Below are positions 35,301 through 42,500 of a stretch of DNA of 64,000 nt, one piece after another. The translations under genes and the position numbers were made by a program. This stretch comes from Ructibacterium sp. (GTDB lineage: Bacteria; Bacillota; Clostridia; Monoglobales; Monoglobaceae), in assembly GCA_045649565.1 (NCBI GenBank), contig JAZRQC010000037.1:248-64247 (forward strand), written 5' to 3'. Position 1 is the first letter of the stretch, and each line of letters begins with the position of its first letter. The notes beneath the pieces were generated by a model. The model was not told the origin of the DNA, did no database searches, and saw only the letters and a list, made by a program, of their open reading frames with translations.

Positions 35301-36845
35301 TAGGTTAGCAAACAGGTTGCCGTAATCGTCCTGACTGGTCTGGATTTCCGCCTTTACACCGGGAACCACAGAGAACTCTTTTTCCACCGCAACATAGTCA
35401 CCATACTCTGCAGAAACCTGATAGTTACCTGCAGACATACCGTTGATGACAGCCTTGTAATCAGGCGCCTGACCGGTTGCAACTGTTTTACCATTGATTT
35501 TGTAATCAAGATAAGGAATTTCGTCCTTCAAATCCGCCGCTACGTGTGCCGCCAATTCGATGGGATCATCTTCTAAGTACTCGGAACCGGCAATGGGATC
35601 ATCCACAACCACCTTATCCTTTACCAGCTCAACCTTAGTCCAGTCGATACTCAAACCTGAGAACATGGAACCGTTGGGGTAGGTAAAGTAGTAGGTCATA
35701 CCATTTCTGGGATGATTGTTGTTGTCCAATGCAGGCTCAACTGCAGTAATGGGAACATCGTCAATAAAGAGCTGGTTTCTGGTACCGCCACCGGTAACCT
35801 CTACCTTGTACTCGTACCATCTGTTTTCTTCCAGATGAATCTCGTTACTTCTTTTCATGCCGTAAGGAGTTTCAAACTCTACATACTCACGATAGATGTA
35901 ACCACGGAAAGAACCATTGGGCCAAGAGGGAATGATACCCTGCTGCTCACCAAACTTATCCATTCTGAAACGGGCAGTATAGGTGAAGTCCTGTCCTGCT
36001 TCTACTGCAAAGGGACCGTACAGAGAGAGCATCTTCAAGTCCTGTGTATTCCAGCTGGATGCAATACCATCTTTGATTTCCCAAGTTGCACGCTTTCTCC
36101 AACCTGCGTAATCATCCGGATTGTCAAACTCATAAAGAGTATCCTCGTTGGGAAGGGGCATATACTCCCAATCCTTTGCATCAAAGGTAGATGTGGTGGG
36201 CACGTCGCTCTGCTCGGTGTTACCGCCAATCTTTCTGCCGGTATACTTGTTAAACTTCATGTTACCGATCTTGTAGGACGCAGGACCACTATTCTGGGTT
36301 CTGGCAAGAATCTCGATACGACCCTGCTGATGGGTACTTGCCTCACCGCTGATGGTTCCTGCATAGTAACCGTCAATATACAAATCACCATAGTTACCAT
36401 CGGTAATCAACTGATAATGGTGCATCTCATAACCGATGTCATAAGGTGTTGTCAGGGATTCATACTGCGCTGTAGAGGAATAACCTCTGCACCAGATGTT
36501 ATCCAGATTAAAGTGCATATAAAATCTGTTCTTACCGGTGTAGAAAATAACCAGCTGAGAACCATTGTGCTTTAAAATCTGCAGATCAAATTCCACATCC
36601 ATCTGGGGCTTTACATTACCTGCATCCACCTTATAGATGGTCGCCAAATCGGCATCAGCGGTAGTTTTACCGGATGTCAAAGTAGCAAAACCGTCTTTTC
36701 TGGCTACAGTACCGGTACCATCAGGATAGCCAATGGTAAAACTGTCATACCATTCTACCTCTGCCGCGGAGGCGGTTACGCCAAAAGCCGCAAACAAAGA
36801 CACTGTCAGACAGAGTAAAGTAATAATTGATACTAATTTCTTCAT
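32325..36845 (-). CDS. C1: secreted multidomain protein (ConA/LamG-like modules, Ig-like repeats, Asp-box beta-propeller, C-terminal copper-amine-oxidase-N-like domain)
   Basis: 1506-aa ORF with signal peptide MKKLVSIITLLCLTVSLFAAFGVTASA. There are five Asp-box motifs: RTDDGGKSF, SHDNGKTWE, SDDYGLTWN, SYDRGKTFD and STDSMKTWQ. The RBS GAGGAGG lies 8 nt upstream, inside the B1 3-prime end. Confidence 0.85.
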   Translation of the reverse strand: MKKLVSIITLLCLTVSLFAAFGVTASAAEVEWYDSFTIGYPDGTGTVARKDGFATLTSGKTTADADLATIYKVDAGNVKPQMDVEFDLQILKHNGSQLVIFYTGKNRFYMHFNLDNIWCRGYSSTAQYESLTTPYDIGYEMHHYQLITDGNYGDLYIDGYYAGTISGEASTHQQGRIEILARTQNSGPASYKIGNMKFNKYTGRKIGGNTEQSDVPTTSTFDAKDWEYMPLPNEDTLYEFDNPDDYAGWRKRATWEIKDGIASSWNTQDLKMLSLYGPFAVEAGQDFTYTARFRMDKFGEQQGIIPSWPNGSFRGYIYREYVEFETPYGMKRSNEIHLEENRWYEYKVEVTGGGTRNQLFIDDVPITAVEPALDNNNHPRNGMTYYFTYPNGSMFSGLSIDWTKVELVKDKVVVDDPIAGSEYLEDDPIELAAHVAADLKDEIPYLDYKINGKTVATGQAPDYKAVINGMSAGNYQVSAEYGDYVAVEKEFSVVPGVKAEIQTSQDDYGNLFANLEFFDRRPQITKVEYRLDGNTVATAEQGPYYEMSLAALSPMQHTLEAICYNESGIIVYEDAVQLVGKAYQSAPSENFANEIKYNVVGEFGQAEVTYANGRHLLKMTHTRDGVTYLTDEGEMTYDKGLGDFIIVTDGPFAEAYRNGQMVFAFVMPMTKTLEKSFVSDGLTISNESIVPSYDRATYFQTTNMVGKNLVYNLGDLPNYHVMDVVLDVTDEGRLVVNDEYYRTDLQVENGTVYVWTTKVEMMEPFRKEAGKLADWANADGKIYLRAETAVGMTRLYANGRWVFSFRSVPTVGEGIAAFDVASGDGFEYVCVGDNKDVYYYEDDFSGDTEFDTMTQWRYVNRSKDNGISVSIDEKEQYMVLGAPDKYSFVDVAAFGGDIDISADVKVVSGAKGFWFDFNRATNHPYSRAGYNFETGEFEIVDVQTSASQNVRVAKKGDFPTGEWVNMALKVRKVNDVKTATLYVNGEEVLSLKDSPSYWRGKFGFVLKDGSAYVDNFKYRGDTKVIADARETFLNVNLDLIDLGGDSYILANTNAWRTDDGGKSFVQDTSYTTLSDNLVSLPNGDVLGLKSELQSVGEDGKQYWNFIPYISHDNGKTWERHGTDKLAEEDHIGMTYAAMQNRIKLAPSGRLYAVCTTDVACEWWAQLKVFYSDDYGLTWNDSETTIDNTQLAGASHNTPGITFVELVPLELANGDLYLFGRTNLGYLGYIRSYDRGKTFDTENVYVTPLLSVEVCYSVEVDPYNPEHVYAVFGYDNDNVVGKGQYPRTRWTFARSTDSMKTWQIIGTVHENQGTIGAMMNTNIHITENQVICNAFSYDDGFGGSQYGRTIALQKDAQVGSNRFEQLHLRQDNHAENTRTVYDFQFLKTLVLHPESGSALLNNKRVEEAAYENGVAADVAAAYVSGTIASSEDGGLVINSLGNEIVFSPEQVSTFNGKLYIDINAFAEAFGFYVSEKLGTIVVSPYESWSSLQLNSLRFSLDFFSKEL
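32780..33730 (-). other. Asp-box (BNR) beta-propeller region of C1
   Basis: The five S/T-x-D-x-G-x-T/S-W/F motifs are spaced 50-70 aa apart. Coordinates are approximate. Confidence 0.7.
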
Positions 36846-36848
36846 TGT

Positions 36849-39569
36849 TTACGCCTCCTCTACAATCACAAGTACATATTGGATATGACCACCGCGCTGG
36901 ATACTGATGGCCGCCTTTTGGTTGGTGTCGGGATCCATAGCATAGGTTACCAGATCCTTAGCACTACCCTGAGACACGGTGGGTTTACCATTGTTGTTTC
37001 TGTATACATAAATTACAGTACCATTATGCTTATAGTTATGAAGTTCATTGAACGCCTCAACACCATCCGGATCTTCCTTCACAGAAGTGGTATGGGTATA
37101 GATGTTATTCTCAAAACTTACCAAAGTACCATACATGGTTCTGAAGTTGTAATACAGGTTATGATAACCACCGTTACCACCACGGTTCTGAACACGGGTC
37201 TGATTGTGACCCAGAGAAACGTCAAAGAGAACCTCTACTGCCTGCACCACATTCTTTGCATTGGTCTGGAACTGAATAATATCACCGATGCTGATATCGG
37301 TATTATAAAGTTCATCCGACAGGGTAACCGTCTTTGAACCGGAAGGATGGGTAATATCCATCATTCGAACCGTCTGACCTTCCTCGTTCAGGGTATCATA
37401 GATATCAGAAATGATACTGGGCGCGTTGTATCTTAAGTCATTTGCCGCAGTATTGGTATCGTAGATCATCAGGTATTTTGCAACCTTAGTAAGCGGATCT
37501 ACATTGAATGCTTCTACTACGGGGTAGTGACCATCGATGATGGTAGAACGGAAGTATTCAACCTCGTCTCTGTCGTCCTGCAGAACACGCATTGCTCTGT
37601 TCATGCCAAGCGCAGTAAATATCAGCTCAGAACCTGCCTGATTGTAGAAACTGTTGGGATAGGAAGCATAAGCCAGTCTTCTTACCTCGGATTTTCCTGT
37701 CTCTGCAGGCTGGAGAGAATCTTCTCTCTCGTAATCACGCTCATAGATAATGGTGTCGATGTGAGTCAACATTCCCTCATCATTCAAGCGGAAACGAATG
37801 GGCTGAGCATAGGGGAATTCCGCATCACCATTCTTCATTCTGTCAAGTTCATTGTTGCCATCAGCATCTGCGGTACCCAGAGTCATATCGTCGTTGTAAG
37901 CACGAAGTGCATTAGCATCACTCAAACGCTGCATTGCCGCATCTACCTTGTTGTACTTGATTTCGTCCATGTAGAAGTTCTTGGTTGCGGCAAACTCGCG
38001 AATTTCGTAGTTCTGGTCAATCAGTCGAACGGAAAGTTCACCATTGAAACCGCCACCACTATTCCGAGCTCCCAACAGATATGCAAACTGATATACATCG
38101 TTGGAAGCATGCAGAATTACTGCCGCCGCGTCTCCATCAGGGTAGATGGAAACTGTCTCGCCCAGACGAACGGTTTCGTCAATAACAGTACCGGTAGTTA
38201 CCTTGTAGATGGTATCGTTTACGGTAATGGTATCATCCATGAAGGATGTAACCTGACCGGTAACAATATCTTCCATCTTGGTCATGGTAACCTTTACGGT
38301 TCCTGTGGTGTTCTTACTCTTACGATATCTCAAAACAGTACCTTCGGTCAGGGTACCCAGATTCACGGGACCATACTCACCGGTTAAGGTAATATCATTG
38401 ATCTGACCCTTACCGCCAATAGCAGAATCCTGGGGATACTTACCATAGAGAATCTTATTCTCCTTATCCTGACTCTGGTATACCATGTACTCGATATCGT
38501 CTACGGTAATCACATCGTAGAGTTCGTCATCATCGTTATCAATCAAGGTTATGGTACCGGTTGCAGGCTTTAAATCCTCATCATCAAAGCCGGGGAACGC
38601 AACACCATTCACAATCACGTCAGGAGCCAAAGCAAGCTTATAACCCTTATCCTTTGCGCCAACCCAATACTTAAGTTGACCATCTTCGATACCGATAACA
38701 TCTTCACCCTCGATGGTTACCATATTGTTTCTGGTTTCGTCTGCAAAGAGATAGAATATATCCTTTGCAGTGGAACTACCGTCTTTCTTGCTGTAGAAGT
38801 TTACATACTTACCAAGCAAGGTGGGATCATCCCAGTTAAAGATACGATTGTTAATCTGAATGGAACCTGCCGGAATCATATCGGTGGGTTCAATCAAGGT
38901 GGTGTACTGCACACCCTTTACGATGCCATCCTGCTTAACCAGACCGTGGTAGCACTCGATGGCAAGGAAGCCTTCGTTCTTCTTGAACTCCTTGGTATCA
39001 CCATAGGTAATTGCCTCGAACATATCTGCGTGCAGAGTATTGTATGCCATTGCCAGCGCCTCACCATAGGTTACAACGCCGTCCATGGTAACACCTTCGG
39101 TAATCTCCGCATCCCGAGCAATCCGCAGGAAGGACATATACTCCCCTGCTTCCTTATAGCCCAGGAGAACAGAAAACACCTTGCAGATTTCAATATCGGA
39201 AACGGTATCATTGGGACGGAAGTAGCCATCTCCGTCTCCGGAAAGAACACCCATCTGACCCAATGCATAGATGTCAGCAAAATAAGGATTATCTTCCATA
39301 ACATCATAGAAATAATAGTCCGTTCCTGTATATGCCGGTGCATTGGCAATCTTCGCACCTAAATGGGCCAACTCTCCTCTTGTCAACGCCTTGTCATAAT
39401 TGGGATTCTTCTCAGTTACGACTCCCAACACACGGAGCAGACCTTCCTGACCGGGGGTCAGGAGGCTGCCGGTTGCCGCAGATGCGGACATTCCGGTACA
39501 AACGGAAAGCGTGGTTGCCAAGACAGTAATGGCAACGATTGCACTAATTTTACGTAGTAATTTTTTCAT
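36849..39569 (-). CDS. B1: secreted protein with N-terminal SLH repeats and a ~700-aa unassigned body
   Basis: 906-aa ORF with signal peptide MKKLLRKISAIVAITVLATTLSVCTGMSASA. It has an SLH-type repeat FYDVMEDNPYFADIYALGQMGVLSGDGDGYFRPNDTVSDIE plus flanking degenerate repeats. The RBS AAGGGAG lies inside the A1 3-prime end. Confidence 0.8.
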   Translation of the reverse strand: MKKLLRKISAIVAITVLATTLSVCTGMSASAATGSLLTPGQEGLLRVLGVVTEKNPNYDKALTRGELAHLGAKIANAPAYTGTDYYFYDVMEDNPYFADIYALGQMGVLSGDGDGYFRPNDTVSDIEICKVFSVLLGYKEAGEYMSFLRIARDAEITEGVTMDGVVTYGEALAMAYNTLHADMFEAITYGDTKEFKKNEGFLAIECYHGLVKQDGIVKGVQYTTLIEPTDMIPAGSIQINNRIFNWDDPTLLGKYVNFYSKKDGSSTAKDIFYLFADETRNNMVTIEGEDVIGIEDGQLKYWVGAKDKGYKLALAPDVIVNGVAFPGFDDEDLKPATGTITLIDNDDDELYDVITVDDIEYMVYQSQDKENKILYGKYPQDSAIGGKGQINDITLTGEYGPVNLGTLTEGTVLRYRKSKNTTGTVKVTMTKMEDIVTGQVTSFMDDTITVNDTIYKVTTGTVIDETVRLGETVSIYPDGDAAAVILHASNDVYQFAYLLGARNSGGGFNGELSVRLIDQNYEIREFAATKNFYMDEIKYNKVDAAMQRLSDANALRAYNDDMTLGTADADGNNELDRMKNGDAEFPYAQPIRFRLNDEGMLTHIDTIIYERDYEREDSLQPAETGKSEVRRLAYASYPNSFYNQAGSELIFTALGMNRAMRVLQDDRDEVEYFRSTIIDGHYPVVEAFNVDPLTKVAKYLMIYDTNTAANDLRYNAPSIISDIYDTLNEEGQTVRMMDITHPSGSKTVTLSDELYNTDISIGDIIQFQTNAKNVVQAVEVLFDVSLGHNQTRVQNRGGNGGYHNLYYNFRTMYGTLVSFENNIYTHTTSVKEDPDGVEAFNELHNYKHNGTVIYVYRNNNGKPTVSQGSAKDLVTYAMDPDTNQKAAISIQRGGHIQYVLVIVEEA

Positions 39570-39574
39570 TGCCC

Positions 39575-42500
39575 TTATCTCCCTTCTACCATGTAATTAT
39601 AGATTCTGTAAATTGCTACAGCCGACTCTGCACGAGTTGCAGAAGCGTTGCCTTCGAAGTTATTATCACCCTTACCATTCATCAACTGTGCCTGAGCCAA
39701 AGCGGTAACACTTGCTCTTGCATAATCGGGAATGGTATCGAAATCGTCGAAGACATATGCCGCAACCTTCTTCTCGATGCCAATGTTCTTGTAGTCCATA
39801 ATCCGCTTGAGCATTACTGCCATGTCGGCTCTGGTAATCTTCTCACCAATACCGAAGGTAGTCTCGCTCATACCATTTACAATACCTGCCTCGTAAGCGA
39901 TTGCAATGTAGGGATAATACCATGCGTTTGCATCCACATCAGTAAATGCCATATCCACATTACCGTTACCCTTGATGCCTGCCGCTTGCAGAGCCATCTT
40001 CAGGAATTCTTCACGGGTTACTTCACGGTTAGGAGCAAAGGTGCCATCACCGTTACCGGAAATTACACCCATATTTCTCAGGGCCTTGATGGAATCCTTT
40101 GCCCAATCAACATCACCTAAATCGGAGAAGTCCTCAGGAAGGGTAACAGGAGCCTGACCACCAAAGGAACCGCCACCTGCAGCACCACCGCCACCAGTAT
40201 TCTCGAATCCGGTAGTACCCTGGAAGATGCCGGAACCAACGCTACCGCCACCTGCGGCACCACCACCTGCAGCACCACCGAAGCCTGCGCCGGTGTTGGA
40301 TTCTGCAGTCTTTTGTGCCGCAAGAGCACTCTGGAATGCTGCCAGAACGTCAGCTTCACTACTATAGCCACCGGTCATTCTCATAAAGAGTGCCTTCTTA
40401 TCGGAGATACCTGCCATACTTTCAACAGTAACGCCTAAGGTACCATCCATAACCAGATCCTGAACATCGGACCACTTACCATTCTTAGCAGCGGTGTTCA
40501 CGTCCAGACAGAACTGACGCTCGTGAACCTCGCCATTGGTTGCAACGTCCATAACATCACGGAAGTCATAGAGAGTTGCGAAGGTTGTGGCAGAACCCTT
40601 AGCATCCAAGAACCGTGCATATACGTCGGATGCAAAAGTCTCTTCTTCATTCCACTTCTTTGCGGTTTCACTACCGTAGCTATCAATGAAAGAACTCATG
40701 CTATTTACATCGGTAATAGTGTTATAGGGAATATCGTCACAGAAGAGTTCGATGTCGGTTGTTACCGCCTCGGCACTACCATACTGAACTCTTACAGTGT
40801 AGGTTCCGCTGGGACAGGAAGGATCTACTGCAACGGAAACATCCACCAGACCGGTACCGGAGGAGGTGGTCTGACCTACCGCACGGAGATTGCCGCCTTC
40901 GTCTACCACACTGATGGTAACTCTGCCGTTCCTGATACCGGTGTAACCGGTTACTCTGACGTCATTGTAGTTTGCCTCTGCTTTCACCCCAACCTGAGCA
41001 TCCTTTTTGGGAGCGCCGGTTGCATTGTTCTTGAGTGCCACACCTGCCATATCACCGAGGGGAATACCGGTTTCCAAAGTATCCCACAGCATTACTGCTG
41101 CAGTATCCTTGGTTTCGTCAACATTCTCGGTGACAAAGGTATTGGTCAGGTTTGCACCTCTACCGCTGAGTACTTCGTAATCCTTTGCCTTCACGAACTT
41201 GGTGTAGCCATAGGTTTCGTCGTATACTGCGGTGATCAAGGTTGCACGACGGTCATATCTGGATTCCAGAGTACCGGTGAAGTATTCACCACTGGTCTTT
41301 ACCAGACCGGATTCCAGAACAGGTTCGTCAACTCTCAGGTAGTCACCGGAGTAAACCTTAACATCGTCCACCTCGCCCGCCAAGCTACAATGGAATGCCA
41401 GCTTGTCGTTTGCCTCGGAACCGGGAACGAACTTGGTGTGGGTCTTAATCCACTCATCATCCCCTACCTTGTGCCAGTAAACATCAACATATGCATTGTC
41501 GGTCCAGGAGAAGAGAAGTTCTGCCCAGTTACCAACACCTGCCGCCGCCAAAGTATCACTCTTACCCACACCGGCAGTACGATTGATGATGAAGACAGAG
41601 TCATCATGGCAGTCGATGGCGATTTTGTTACCGTTGTTTACCATATCACAGGACATAACAGATTCTGCAGTGGGAATTCTGTACTTAAAGCGTACGAACC
41701 ACTGACCCTTGGGGTTCACCTGACTCAAATCAACATCCAGACGGGAAGAATTGGGGTAAGAGGTGTGAGGCTCTGCGTCGGGGTCTCTCTTGAACACACC
41801 ATCCTCAATTTTACCGGTGATCATATTGTGAATTCCAGTATCCTCGGAGAAGTCCTCATCGATGTATACACGATTGGTCATGGTCGCAATGGCATTGGGG
41901 TCGGTCAATACCATTCTTTCAATCTTATATTGCTTTACTTCAGACAGGGTTACCTTGTTCGCGGTGGTGTTTGCAAAGAGGACACCATAGAAGCCTGCAG
42001 TACGGAAACCATTGGAGGTCACACGGAGGGTCCACTCGGTTTCACCGTCCAGCTTGGTCCATACCATAAAGTTGGAACTGTCACGGGTTACCAGGTAGTT
42101 CACCCAACCGGTACCGGGCGCAAAGTCTTTTGCCTGGGTCTGGCTGGTACCCTGAACAATCAGCTTTTCGGGGTACAGATAGATGCTTGCTCTGGGATTA
42201 GCATTGAGCTGAACATCCAACATACTGCCCGCGTCCAGTTTCGCACGGAACATCACAGGATTTTCCTTGGTCAGAGGCTTCCAGGAATTCTCGGTACCGG
42301 AGTTCCATGCAAAGTACTTACCTGCAGTCTGCACCAGTTCCAATCCGTTTGCGCCAACGGTGGGCTGTTCCTCTGCCACTTCGCCACTTTGTACATTCTT
42401 GAGCTGTGCATTGGCTTCGATACCATTGAAGTTAGCGTCGAATACCAGTTCTTCCTTGGCAACTGCAATACCGCCGATGATATCCTCAATGGTCATCTTG

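Noticed and set aside
32325-36845. Calling C1/C2 exo-alpha-sialidases (GH33) on the basis of the Asp-boxes
   Set aside because: Asp-boxes alone are not diagnostic, and I could not find a FRIP/RIP motif or confidently place an arginine triad by eye. They are kept as Asp-box propellers of unknown activity.
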